From: Antedon mediterranea
Taxonomy: Eukaryota; Animalia; Echinodermata
Length of the DNA: 64,000 nucleotides
Assembly (NCBI RefSeq): GCF_964355755.1
Contig: NC_092676.1
Span: 26,802,871-26,866,870, forward strand
Reading direction: 5' to 3'
Below the pieces are notes generated by a model, which was not told the DNA's origin, made no database searches, and worked only from the letters and a program-made list of their open reading frames with translations. A program made the position numbers and the translations under genes. Below, piece by piece: positions 49,767 to 63,701 of this stretch. Each line of letters begins with the position of its first letter. Position 1 is the stretch's first letter.

Positions 49767-51654
49767 CTGGAAGCGGATTGCAATAGATGTAGGCTTAAGA
49801 CCATTATTGCAATCCGCCCCTGGGATTTTTACTAGTAAAGTATCCAATAATCCAGGCCTATGTATGACTCATACATTCTTCGTTGCTATGTCTTCACTAA
49901 ACATTCGTAGAGACGTATTTTATATTGATCATAATAATATAATATAATATTATAATTTATATAACCATAAATGTATACGCAAATAGAAGTAAGCGTCGAT
50001 CTTATTATCATTTTTAAGTCGCAGACCAGCATTTGAGTGTCCACACTCACGGATTTTAAATCGCTAGCGTAAGGTTTAATCGGATGGCCTTAATTAGGCC
50101 GCGTCTCGTCGTACGATAATGCCAATTGATTTCTCACCAAGTTTAGGCATACTGCAGCAGTTGACCATGGAGGTTTCACCTTCATGAGGTGAACCACCCC
50201 ATTCGCTATATTGAAAATCAGTAAATTTGAAGCTCTCGTATAATGATATAACTTTTTATATAATTATTATATATCTCGGTATATTTTATTCAACATATAA
50301 ATGTGGAACAAATGCAAAAATGATAAAATAATTTTGAAGCCCAATGAGCTGAATTGCAGTAATAATATAATAATTATATACATTAAACAAGCATCATCAA
50401 CAAAGTAACAAATACTAAAATACAGTACTATAAACGCAGCCTGATAACAATTTAAAATGATTACATATTGATTGACATATGATTTTTTTTACGCGTGCGC
50501 ACCAACCAACTGAATAATTACAACATTTAATTGAAACTAGATTTTAATTTTTCATTTATTATAGGTGAACATTGTGATAAAAATATAAATTTACCGACAT
50601 TTAATTATTTTAAATCCGCGCAAAAGCAACATGCATACGTACAACAAAATACGAGCTCAAATAGTTGATGTATGCCATTCTCTACCTAATGCATATACGC
50701 CTAATATACAGTAATTGTATTAAATGTAATATTGTACCTATTATGTGTCAGTAATATAGATAATGTAACTATTATTGTCAATAAATATGTATTCTAAAAT
50801 TTTTTCAACAAAACCCTGTATACGTGCATAACATATTCGCTACAAAAGAAATAATTTATGGATTAAGGCAATAATTTGTGAACTTGGCCACGATTTTCAT
50901 GCCCTGATATACCCACACGGAGCGTATTCGACCAAAAAAACCAACAACGGTACTACTCTAACAACACGCATTCCATTACTCTTGATTTGACCTTAAAACT
51001 GTCTTTAAAAAACAAGCGGTGAATTGTTTTCGTCTTTTGAATATAATATTTAACGAGATGCATGTTTTACCCACAAAATTGGAATATAAACAAACTGATC
51101 ATTACGAATGCCATACGTCGGGTTGTATTGCAATTTAGTAAAATCTAGACCTATTTTTTTGATTGAGTTCGCGATTTTTATTATTCGAATGGCCTTGCAT
51201 CTAAAATATTTCTACCGACATTTAACCTATGGATTGGGCTGCATTGAAGTTTCGTTATTAATTACAGTCTGCAACCGAAGCCAACATTTTTAGACTATAG
51301 CATAATGTATAGTACACTGCATTAAAAACCTTTTATAATACATTTCGGTTTCACTTCTGTCCACACATCAACGCGACACCCCCGCAAAACATTGTAGTCT
51401 GTTGTAATGTGAAGAATGCCGCCGTTTTTGCTGACAGTCTGAATATATTACCGGTTTCTTTTACGGGTAGTAAGTTGCTGTTAATTGCAAATCGAGTTTC
51501 AAGTTAAACAATTAAATACAGTGTATTTCCATTGTTGTCATTGTAAAGGCAAAAAAAGTTGCGAACTTAATGTAGTCGCAAAGAAAGTGTCGCGTAGCCT
51601 ACGTGTGAATATGAATCGTGAAAACAAGAGACGGTAACGAGGCGCGTTTTTAGG

Positions 51655-51772
51655 AAAATGTGATGTGATCATAATGATGATGTCATATCACTACCATATT
51701 TGGGCATATCACTACCATGTTTAGGTACATCACACCTTTTTGTCAAACTAGTTTGATAGTGTAGACAGAGCT
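51655..51772. mobile_element. Harbinger-like MITE family A, partial
   Basis: Internal repeats and right TIR gtttgatagtgtagacagagct. Confidence 0.7.
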
Positions 51773-54700
51773 TGAGCTGCGCGATGAGGTACTTTGTTTT
51801 CAATAGACATATTTTAGTAACCTCGATACTGATGGTTAAACTAATCGAAACACAATTGCAATATGTCGTCTGATTACTGTTTAACATGATCCTGAATAGA
51901 AACCCACCCTAGGCTCATTATTCTGCATTTATTAACAGGTGAAATTAGTTTTGATTTCTGTTGAAAGATAGAAAAATAGTTCTAGGTCCGTTACAAATTG
52001 AGACTCAGTGTTTGTTGCAGTAACTAACAGTACGTATTAGTGACCTTACTTAATTTTCATGTCGTTGCTGCAGTAACGCTACCTAGTTTATTGTTACTGC
52101 AGTATTTTTTCTATTTTGCTGATACTGATAACAAAAATGCTTTTTAGAAGGTATACACACATGCGCATGACTTTCAGTGGTAGCTCCTGTTCGTGACTAA
52201 CCAGAATTTGTAGTGGTTTTTTTTATTCCAACTGTTTTACTATACTGCAAACAACACCATTACTGCCGATAAAACCGTATTGCACGGTATTGCAGCTGTA
52301 GTAATGTTACTGGATGTTACTGTAATGTTACTGCAGTATACGTCCTTGTTGCTGCAGTAATGGTACTGTGTATTGTTGCACACTACGCCAAATTTTACAG
52401 GTAGGCCCTACCCTGGTTAAAGTTATGGTGATCCATACAAAACTATCCTATATCACTTTCGAACTACTTTAGTACGGTATACTATCATTGTCGAGGTAAT
52501 GGAATTATTAAACATAAACATTAAAAATGTGAGGACATGGGAGACACTTTTGTGTAAATGATGTGTGATTATAGACACCAGGTTAATCTTGGTTTACGCT
52601 TTGATGCAACGCAAAGACGTGTAAGCGCATCGCAAGTAATTTGACCAATCACGATGCGATGATCACCCGAACTGTCGCTTGTGATTGGTCAACTCACTTG
52701 CGTTGCGCCTCTGTCATTGCGTTTCGTGGGAACCAAACTTTTAGTACAGAATATACAGTTTACCAGTCTGTACAGAATGAAATAATTTACAATATTTAGT
52801 GTGGTTTTCAAGCTCGTTAAACTTTTAGCTGATTGGGTTAAAACAATTAAATCTTACAACGGTCCTTGAGAAATAGCATAAACATTTATGATATAGCAAA
52901 ATAATAACATTTTCATAATAACGATAAAGTCAACAATGAACACAAAAATTATTAAAATGATAACAATTATTTAATAATTAGTATCAGTGCGGTAGTATAC
53001 TGTAGTCATGAAAACCTCCATAATTTTAGTCCTCGAAGATGAATCAAATAATTATATTTCTTTTTTGAATTTTTCAATTTATTTTGTCTGTCGATTATGT
53101 TGTTAAGTATCCAGTAATTCATATGTCATTTTTAGTCCTTAAATTTAAATTCACAAATTTCCTTTAAAAAATACCCTCATTACAATATACATTATTTATT
53201 TTATACTGATACAATTTTACACAATGTTAAAAGATATAATAATAATAATTACAAACGAACCAATTTTACCAATGATACCATTGATTAAATTGTTCTTGAT
53301 CAAATTGCACAATAGATATGAGAAAATATAAGGGAAAAACCAGAACAACAATGAATAGGAAGATATATTGAAATAATAATCTTTTTGAAGTTAATATGAA
53401 TAAGTATTGAACGCCACATAAAAAGAAAAAATTGTTAAAAGATGGCATGCCTACAAAATGGACCTAAAAACATTAAGCGAACGTATGCAAACTTAGAAAA
53501 ACAATTAAAAAACCCATAAACGATGTAGAATATGGGTTTCGAAACCAGAGAACTGCGAACATCGAATAACCTTTATAAAATAAACTGTTAATAATCTATA
53601 AAATGTAAATACGTTTTTCCTACCTGTAGCAAGCATAGAAGTACGCAAAGCTTCCGTTATCCATAATGAATTACAACAAATACTATCGACAAAAAAATGA
53701 AGATCCACACAAATTACCGTCACTTGCGTATGTCGTCACGGTTACACGAAAAAAGTATAACCTCTATACGCGTGATAATTTAATAATAATATTTATTTGC
53801 AACGCCACTGATTATAAACGGTCCATAGCAGCCACCGGACTCGGATAGGGAGAGGTGACATTTATTTTCTTCCTCATCTGGTGGTGAGCAGCCAATCTCT
53901 TGTTTGACTTTTAAGAAGTGGGAGTGTTTTAACAAAAACTCGTTTTACGTTGATTTATTCATCGTTAGGGAGTCTTGAATTGCAGTGGTCGTGGGCAAAT
54001 TAGCAGAAATGATTAATGATATAACGGGTAGTGAGAGGTACTACCATATTACTATAAACCCTTAACATACTCTAAAGAAAAAATGTAAAAGAAAACCGTA
54101 CAGTTAATTGCGATGCATTAACGACTTCTGTAGGCCTACGCTTTTTATATCCTAATGACTGAAATGTAGAAAGAAACAAGCATTTGATTGTATAGCACAA
54201 TATATATTAAAGATTTTTTTTTAAATTGTGTTGATTCACAGTATAATGCTATATAGATTGACAACAACAGTTGTCAGTATAATAACACGAAAACAGATAC
54301 CATCATGTTTCTATTTGTACTTAAACGTACGTACGCAGTTAAGTAGGCCAATGACCAAAACAACAAATAAAAATTATGATAATCCACATGAACCGTTGAC
54401 TCGTCTACTTGTAGAAGTTTTCAATTTTTCATTCGTTTTCGTATGATTAGATTAGTGTTTGTCATTTGTCCGAGGTCCTATATGCAGGTACGCCAGTAGC
54501 AGCTCCATTCCCTGGTCGTGCATGAACCAACCACCTCTACGCTCTAGGTGATCTAGTTTTTGAGCTCTCTCATTCTCAAAATTGTCTTTTGTCTTTTTTT
54601 ATTACTATTAGTAGGTGAACTCTTTCGGTAATGTTAACTTGTTGTAAGAGGAGCATGCAGAGCAGAATTGTGTATTTCAAATGTTCGTCCATATTTTTTA

Positions 54701-55103
54701 TCTATAGGCTAGAGAATAATCATTCATTAGTTGTTAAACTCTTTGGATACCATTGTAGGCCTTGCCCTAAGTAGGACTTAAATCTTCTAAAACCAATAGA
54801 TGCTACCAATATATTGTTTTTAAACAACATCAAACCATTTGCATAGGCCTAAACATATTTTTTCATTTTGTTTGTTTTCTGATTGGATGTTTGGAAAAAA
54901 TGATCAAAGGAGCATTGTTTGTACAGTTTTTTTATGCTAGTTCTCACGCATATGGAAGTATGTACGTGCAACTAATTACAATGCACATTTGAATGATCCA
55001 AGACTTCTGATTGGTGCAATTGTGTTGCGCGTATACGTACGCACATCTTTCTCTTTCAGGTTCCTTATATGGCAACCAAGCGTGTTGCAGTTTTATCTAG
55101 TAA

Positions 55104-55250
55104 AGCTATGTCTACACTATCAAACTTTTTGTGACAAACAAATGTGATGTGTCTATATATGGACATGATGATGTCATATCACTACCATATTTAAGTATAT
55201 CAATACCATATGTGTGCACATCACACTAGTTTGATACTGTAGACAGAGCT
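55104..55250. mobile_element. Harbinger-like MITE family A
   Basis: Both TIRs, TAA/TTA flanks. Confidence 0.75.
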
Positions 55251-56019
55251 TTAATCTCATTTGTTGTGGTATACGCTTTCCGCGATTTTCCCCATTTTCC
55301 TTGTATTTCAATGCACGCTTTAAGTTCGTGTCTCCTAATGTCCTTGTCAAACTCCTTTTTTAGTTCATCCGGATATTTTATGTGCACATATAATGTAACA
55401 ATCCTCTACTTCTAACCGTCGAGGATCAATTAAAACAACTCGTTTATAACGTTTTCCTTATTAATATATCAAATATGTAATCTTAGGTATGGTTCAATTT
55501 CAGACTCATCTTCTCTTAATTGTTTTAAACAATTCAATTTTGTCCATCGAAAACAATAACAGGATTTTGGTTTTACACTATGCGGTTAATATACTACTAG
55601 CCTTCGTCGCATCATCCCAGGGTATTTTATTTAGCCGCCACGACGTACCTTGTTATGGCAATAGAATCAAGTTTTCATGATTTTTGTTCACTGCAGCAGA
55701 GGAATCACACAAGTAGGCCTACAATAGCAAATTGTAAACCGAATATGAACATTTTACAAAACCAATGTAGACAAAAGTTTTCTTTGGTGCTTACGAATAG
55801 TATCTGGTACTCACCAGTTGTAAATAAACTGTTACGGTAACTTTTTCTAAGTTTTATTTCAACATGGGTTTAATGTAAAAAAGACATTTCCATATTCATT
55901 TTGTTAATTGTTACTTAAGACCAGATGAATATATCTAGGCCTAGTAGTAGTAGCCATATCATAAATACCTAAATGTAAGAAATAGTGCATTGAGCTTAGT
56001 TTCCATTTGTACACAATAA

Positions 56020-56185
56020 ACCTCTGTCTACACTATCAAACTAGTTTGACCAAAAAATGTGTGATGTGCCCAAATATGGTAGTGATATGCTTTAATATGG
56101 TAGTGATACGACACCATCCTGTCTATATATGGGCGCATCACATTTTGTTGTCACAATCATAAAGTTTGATAGTGTAGAAAGAGCT
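56020..56185. mobile_element. Harbinger-like MITE family A
   Basis: Both TIRs, TAA TSD. Confidence 0.75.
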
Positions 56186-57784
56186 TAACGTAAGCCAATC
56201 CTGATGGGCCTTCTTCCCAACTGTTGGAAAGTTATGTGTAGCTCTTATAGATAGAGGGCTCCCGACCGTGCATTGTATTGCCTGGGAATATAGTACCTGC
56301 ATCTAGTATTGATTGTCTGAAATCACATGAGTGTGTGCCGACCGAAAAAAGTTCGGTCAGTCCAGGGCCAAGTACAATTATATAATTTCGCTACTCTCTT
56401 GTCAGATGATGTTGGTGTTAAACGAAGCACAGTTTTAAAAGTATAACAAACCTTTCATTAATATCTTGTGCTTGTGGGTTTTTTTCGGAAGTGTCAATAA
56501 ATTATGTAATCACTATTATTTTTAAACTAACAAAACGAGTTTGAGGAGGTGAAATTGTCCAACGATTGAGAAGAAGCCACAAAATGTGTGTTTTTTTAAT
56601 AGTGTGTTCTTTTGAGTAAAATAGGCCCGTGATTTTCTATTTTCTGTTTTTTTTATGTCTAGAAAAGTCTTACAAACGTGTATTTGAAGGTCAGTAGCTA
56701 CAGCATCCATCACATATAAATATCTGAATATTAAAACCGTACCATTATTAGCTTTTGAATCCGCGCGTGGCTTGCTGCGGCGTACGTCACAGTGCCCAGA
56801 ATGTGCGTGTCAACTCCAAATCTACAAAATATGTGAATAACAGTTATTCAAATACAAATATTGATTGAAAGAAAAGGGGAAATCCCCTGTACAATTGTAA
56901 CCCTTGGCCTGGTGCCCACCTTGTTCCATAGATCTAATAACAATTGATTACGATTATGAAAATATTCAATGTTTGTCCTATCGAGGTTCTCAACTTTATT
57001 ATAACTAATCTGTTGATAACAGTATAGGCCCTGTGTCACTTGTCAAAAGTCGCTACGATTTACTATTGGTACCGTGAGATCAACAAGATAGGGTTTGGAG
57101 ACATTCGGCAAATGTAGCCCTATTCATCTCGTGCCACATTTACAATCAAACAATTGTACCTACAGATAAAACCATGCAACTGCAGCGATTAACCGATTTA
57201 TATTATTATCATGATATTCATCTAATATAACAGAGATAAGTATTATTATAATTTCTAAACTATATTGTTGTGACAGATTCTTGGTAGAGACATTATTGTT
57301 ATTATTAGATCATTGTGGTTCATAGCCTTGTTCAGGGTTAGGTGTAATTCGAACGAAGGGAGTGTGTTAAGTGCATTACGAAAACTAAAGCATTTCCCAT
57401 TAAACTGATCTAATTTTATCTTTTTATAGTTCTTATCTTTATTATTGTACATCAGGGGATGTATGAGAAACTTGACATATTAATGCGTTTGATTGATAGA
57501 TGTATGTGGATCCAAGCCACGGGCGCCCGTTATCAACCCCGCTCCCCTTCCCCGCCAATTCAGACACATGATGACGACAGGGTGTGAAATGTTGGTGTTT
57601 TTTCCCTCTTAATCTCTCAAGAAAGAGTTTCATCACTCAAGAAAGAGTTTAATCACTCAAGAAAGAGAGTTGTTTTTATTATGAACAGAAAGAGTAGATG
57701 TTTTTGACATGGTGATGAATTGATGATGATGACGACGACGAGGATGACGATACAGCAAGGAATGTAGCAGCGGTCCCTTTTTGA

Positions 57785-57930
57785 GGCAAGAGAGGAAGAG
57801 GCAGAAATCTTATCAAATGAATTAATGGATTAACACCAGCAGTTATGAAAATGAGTGAAGCAAGATTGGATAGAGACAGCTTGCAAAGCATAACTTTCTA
57901 CATGAAGATGGAACCAATAGATAGATAGGA
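57785..57930 (+). mobile_element. RTE-like LINE 3' remnant (different family)
   Basis: GKRGRGRNLIK*INGL...DRD motif followed by an (ATAG)n tail. Confidence 0.45.
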
Positions 57931-58204
57931 TCTCTCAAATAGTGTGTTTCGTGTATCTATAAAGAAATTTAAAAACAGATGTTTTTTGGATTGTTAATTA
58001 GGATCTTTTTAGTGGGATGACACATGACATCAAGATATTAATAATAATTTGTGGTATTTTCATATCAAATCAGGTGATTTTTTGTTGTGGGGTGATGATA
58101 TGGATGAGTAAAAAAAGGTCATAATAATTGTTGGTGTTAAGTATTATTAACTTTCCTTCCTGAAGGCACGGTAGGGTGATAAATCGCCAGAGGCCTAAAG
58201 ACAA

Positions 58205-58205
<1 letters not shown>

Positions 58206-58235
<30 letters not shown>

Positions 58236-58850
58236 CTTTTATTTTTCACACAACATTCATAAAAATATAAATAAGAAATTAAGTACAATAAAGTGTGAAA
58301 AACAGGGTAACCACAAGCAAGCAAAGCTTTTAATCTGTGGCACCCTAACTTAAAATATAAACTTACAAATATATTACAAAAATGTTTTCATGTAGTAAAT
58401 AAATGAACGAAAATACAACGTACTATAATATAATATATATATATATATACTTCACAGTCTCAGAATATATACGAAAATGTAATTAATTAAGTTAATGTTA
58501 GACATATTTTACAAATGTTGTTTTCGCAAAGATATATTGTTTCTTTATAACTATTAATGCATTTAGTTAGTAATAGTTTTTTAAATATTGATATATTTTC
58601 ACTCTCTCTTATATTTCTTATAAGTTGATTCCATAGCTTAGGTCCTCTATATGCTATACTTTGCTGACCCATATTAGTTAATTTTATACAATAATTGTCT
58701 TTATTTCGAGTGTTATATGTATGATAATTATCAAATAAACTGAATAAAGAATTAAAACATTTTGGAAGTTGTCCTTTTTGGTATTTAAACATAAAATTTA
58801 AAACACTGTTTTTATACAAATCAAATATATTAAATTAAATTAAATCACGA
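58206..58850 (-). mobile_element. 3' end of a CR1/L2-group LINE
   Basis: ORF 58487..58819 with FMFKYQKGQLP...HTYNTRN...SIAYRGPKLWN (typical ORF2 C-terminus); 3'UTR hairpin near 58305-58347; (AATC)n tail at 58206-58235. Confidence 0.8.
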
Positions 58851-58853
58851 TAT

Positions 58854-59182
58854 AAGGTAAAGGTATTTATATTTGTCCTCAGGCTTAACTGGAAACTGAG
58901 GAAATTCGGATTAGGCCCTCCACGGACCCACGGCAGCCAGCAGTGCAGCGCCTACCAGATCAGCACACCGGGAGACGATCCCCTAATCTTTTCGAATAGT
59001 GTACCAAGTTCTTTAACGTGAACTGTTAAGTGCACGGGACCAACGGCTTTACATCCCATCCGAAGGATGAGGCAATGAGAGTAAAGCATCTTGCCTAAGG
59101 ATGCAATTAGTATGGTACAGATAACCTCGAACCCATGCCTATCACATGCTAGTCCGATATTACCATTACACCATCACTCTCC
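58854..59182 (-). mobile_element. tRNA-derived SINE with Nin/Deu-like core
   Basis: A box TGGTGTAATGG, B box GGTTCGAG, then ccttaggcaag.., cttcggatgggatgtaaagccgttggtcc..aaagaac..aggggatc..cccggtgt, tail tacctttacctt. Confidence 0.75.
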
Positions 59183-59185
59183 AGT

Positions 59186-59260
59186 ATATACAGCACCCGC
59201 CGCAACCGGGCCCAACGTTGCTTAACTTCGGTGATCTGACGAGAACCGGTGGCCGTATAC
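59186..59260 (-). pseudogene. 5S rRNA-derived sequence with two internal deletions
   Basis: GTATACGGCCA|CCGGTTCTCGTCAGATCACCGAAGTTAAGCAACGTTGGGCCCGGTT|..GGGTGCTGTATAT; the termini pair as 5S helix I. Confidence 0.8.
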
Positions 59261-60386
59261 AGTTGGAGGGGACACCCGGAAGACATACGGAAGTTTCCTG
59301 AAAAAAATAACATTTTTTTACCATTTATTAAACTTATCTATAATTTCAGCATTTTTGTTTCGGTTTCATTAAGTCGTCGGGGTCTTCCTTCCGTTGCCTG
59401 TTAAGTCTCTCTATTAATGTGGTTTCGCGAGTAATTTACTGTCTTCCGAGAAGGATAAATCTATCCCACGCGTATTTCCGATCTCACGCATTTACCATAT
59501 CGTGTATTTACGACACTCACGTTTTTTAACGGCACTCTCATGACGACGAACTTTCGCGTGTTTACGACACTCGCACGTTATTTCATACTCTTGCTAAATA
59601 GGCTTGTATTGTAGGCCTATTCTTTGTGATCTTCTTTTATTCAACCCCGACATATAGGTAATAATAATAATAATAATAATAACAGGATTTTTATAGCGCA
59701 CATACCACTCAAGAGTGCTCAAGGCGCATTAAAACAAGAAATATTTCTTACAAAAAACGCTGCTCGCTTATTGAAAAATATTTTTTATTTCAAATGTTTT
59801 TGAATGTGTCATTTTATTGTCACATAATAGTTATTTTACCTGAAAAAAATGTAATTTAAAGCAACAAATACTTAAATTGTCTGTCAGACAATGGTTTTTG
59901 GGTTTCTTTTCTTTTTTTATATGTGAATAAATATTATTTTTTTGTTACAGAAGTGAATACTCAATTTCTGTCACTTTAGTTAATTTTATTGCTAAGGTCA
60001 AATCTGGTGGTCACTTATCAAGTATCCTATTACAAACACAAACTTTAATGGCCTGTTTCGATAATAATTCAATGAATATCTGACAGTGAATATACCAGAA
60101 ATGCTTAGGGATTTGTAATTTTAGCATGACATGTCCTAATAGACTCTTTCCCAGACGTTTTTTGGGTCTACTGTAGCAGCTGGAATCAATAAATTATAGT
60201 GGAGTTTCCATTTTCACAAAACTGTCTGTCCTTAGAACTATAACTGCTGCTTGCTTTAGCTTCTGATTGAGTAGTCCTAATGGGACGTAGCGGGCTAGAG
60301 CAGCAGCGTGAAAAATAATAACAAATCATACAAATGATAGGTCCATGTTCAACCTTTCTTCATTGCAACTTGGGCTCTCGTACTGT

Positions 60387-60741
60387 GCACACTAGAGCTT
60401 TCGGCTGAGCCAACTGGCACGAGTAACACTTGGCTCACTAAAAAAATTGCCGCAAACTATGTTCGCGTTCTATCGGACGCACACTAAACGCCTTCAGTAC
60501 GCGAATTTCTGGATAATTACTTACTACGCTATACAGCACGTGCTGAAATATCATAATAAATCAGAACATGTCATGCGCAGTGGAATTTTTTAGTGAGCAG
60601 GAAGCTCACGTTCGGCGCACACATGAGGAAAATGGCACGCGTGCCAAAAAATACGATAGATATTTTCCTCAGCGGCACGCGTGGCCGATTCCTCACGAAA
60701 TCCCCGGCGCACACTGTGAGGCAAGTGTTACTCTAGTGTGC
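60387..60741. mobile_element. GC-rich MITE-like element
   Basis: Right end is the reverse complement of GCACACTAGAGTAACACTTGCCTCAC; the left end has the same TIR interrupted by a ~26-bp insert. Confidence 0.55.
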
Positions 60742-63455
60742 GCCGGGCTTTACACGCGAAGTATCCGCGGCAAGCGTCAAATCGAAGCGAAAGTCGCGCG
60801 AAGTGAAAAAGTTGCCCAAGAAGGAGCAACTCAAGCGAATTCATGCGCGGAGCCTTGCGAACTCCAAATTCAATTCACCGCGCGTTGAAGTTAAAGGTAA
60901 TTCCCACTGAAATAGTCCGTCGCGTCAAAATTACTGTTGCTTCACATTTAATTGTTCAGTTAGGACCGGCCTTCAGCAACGTGTCCAGATTCGTGACGAC
61001 TATCTCTGTGTCATCCAGGACACCGAATTATGAATAGTCACAAATGTGTTTCCGAAATTTTGGAGATCTATAAATAGCATGCAATCTAAACACGACACGA
61101 ATAATGACTATTTACACGGATACACTAATTGTGTAAGCACTTGTTCAGAGGACACTTAAGAAGAATCATAGCAGACAATAGACCCGGATCTAGGGAACAA
61201 TCAACAAAACAGCATAACTGAAATAGTTAAATCAGACAGAAGAGAGCAATCAAAAGAATTATTGTATTGTGATTCAATATAATAGGCAAAGCAATGAAAC
61301 ACTATTAGATTCTACTTTCGGTTTTTTTCCAATGTATTTTTTGAGGAGCCTAGCCTCTTATTCCATTTTCCCAGGGTAGGAATGAGTAATATGGTATTTT
61401 TATAACACTGTTTACCACATTAGAATAACACTGTTTACCGTGTTAGATGAGGCATAACTGTCTGGAATTGATACAGGGTAGGCCTAGTAGTAAACACTGC
61501 TGTTGTGTGGGTATATTTTATGGAAGACTCTTCGCTAAGCAGAAGTATTGCGCTACTTTGTATGGCACGCACACGTGGTATAAACATGTACCGTATGACG
61601 CGTTTTGTTTTGTAGCTATAATTAAGCAACGAGCAATGTTGGCAGTTGAAACCAGGGAAGACACCATTCCATATAGTCTAGGATCTAGACGGAGTTTTGA
61701 CTTAGTTTAAAAAAAAAAATTTTGTGTGCATATATAGCGTTTCATACGTATCGAAAAGCCGACTAGTAAACTAACATAAAAAAGACCTACAGACTTTGGG
61801 GTCTATCTATCTATCTACTTCTATCTTCCCTGGTAATCTAATAATAAACTTATAACTAATACCTGTATTCCGTTAAAGGCTATTATTCTAAACAGTATAA
61901 CCATAGTAAGTCTATACTAATAATACATTAAAATAATAGGCCTACAAGAATAATAAACAATAAGAAACAGTAATAAAATACAAAAAACAAAAAGAGATAA
62001 ATATAGTATTAATAGGTCTATACTATATTTACCTTATGAATAATTATGATATATGCGTATGTATGTTGGCCTACTGTTAAAAGTATTAGTAATCTTATTT
62101 ACTATCATAATACACCCATCCCGCCTGTTATAAAAAAATAAACCGTATACGCAATCAATTCTTATTAACCCTGTGGTTAAAAAAAAATCACCTCATCGAA
62201 AATCGCATAATTTAAGCTAACAATAGTAATGATGGTAATAATTGAGTTAATACTTTGTTGATTGATAAGATCTTTAGTGTTTCAACATAAAACGGCGGAA
62301 ATTCACTTACTGTTTAAACGATTTGTATAGGCCTACCGGTCTCACTTGAATAAGGATGCCGTAATTGAATAACCGCCCACCTAAATACAAAACTACCGAT
62401 TGAAACATAATAAACTGGAGGCTTAGAATGAATGAAGCGAAGAATAGCTGAGATTAATTGATAGCTACCAAACCATAACAGGCCTAACAGTAATGTAATT
62501 TTTGTGATTCGATTATTTTTTTTGCCCCTTTTCAATTATTTTTTAACCATTTACATTTATTCAACAATATATATTTACATTCAAAAGTTAATTTTTTCCA
62601 ACCATTGATTTACGCTCCAAAGTATTTAATTTAAATACAGTAGGCCTATTATTCTGAAAAGAAGATATTGAGTCTATAGTCCGCCTCCATATTTCAAACG
62701 TTTGTGCCTAGCCTATCAGCTGCTGCTGAATGCGAGCAGACAGACTCAGACTAATAGAAGTTGTATTAGCCACACGCTGCTGACTAAATTACCCGTTAAT
62801 GTAAAATTAATTAACTGTATGTTTACCCTAAATATGCAGAAGTGTAATCAATGTATTATTTGGTAAAGTCTGAGCTTTGTGTTTTTTTATTCATCAATAT
62901 GACACGTGCGCCAATGCAATTTACACCTTTGGGGGTACTTGAAATGTAGAACAAATGCCCCGGCATTAGTTACTTGCTAAATTGTTTATTTATTGGACAT
63001 TGATAGAGAAACGTCAATATGTATGTTAGCTAAATGATTTTTAATGTTTCCAAAATGCGGACAGCATTGGCTTATACGCACTTAACGTTACGGAATAATA
63101 CGATATGTTTGATAATTAGTTGCCTGAGCCAATAGTCCAACTGATAAGATTTAAAGAAGCCGGGTGAATTTTATTCCATTGTGTACTGATTAGGCCCTTA
63201 GAAATATATTACCGGAGCTTAGCTTTGTGTAATAAACATCAGACAGTGACAAGAAGGAGAATAGTAGTGCGGGATCGATTCCATAGTTAAACTAGACATG
63301 ATGTGTGGTTGTTTAGGGGGAAATTTGATTATGGTTATTTTTAGTTAAAATGTATCATTTAATAACAATAAAGTACAGTAGTAGCATTTTGTACCAATTA
63401 ACAAGTTTTTAAACAATTGAGGGCGACATACTACTTTTTCAGATACATCCTACAG

Positions 63456-63701
63456 TTTTTAGTCGCGTGGAAGCGACTCTATAGTTCACTATGTCGGTCG
63501 GTCGGTCTGTCTGTCGGTCTGTCTGTCGGTCTGTCTGTCTGTCTGTCGGTCCGGTATCACTATGCGTTTTATCGCTTTCTGACCTTATCTTGATATCAGT
63601 TTAATCTAGCTAGGTCAATTTTTCACAGTATATTCCTTATGGCCAGGAATCAATGTGGTTATGTTTTCACGGTGCGCAATAAAAAATTACGCGGTATACG
63701 C
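63456..63701 (+). mobile_element. HINE family 2, 5' part, interrupted by a LINE
   Basis: Near-identical to 33514-33736. Confidence 0.8.

Noticed and set aside
60568-61037. GC-rich ORFs of 106 and 64 aa
   Set aside because: Overlap MITE-like inverted-repeat DNA; no splice or domain support
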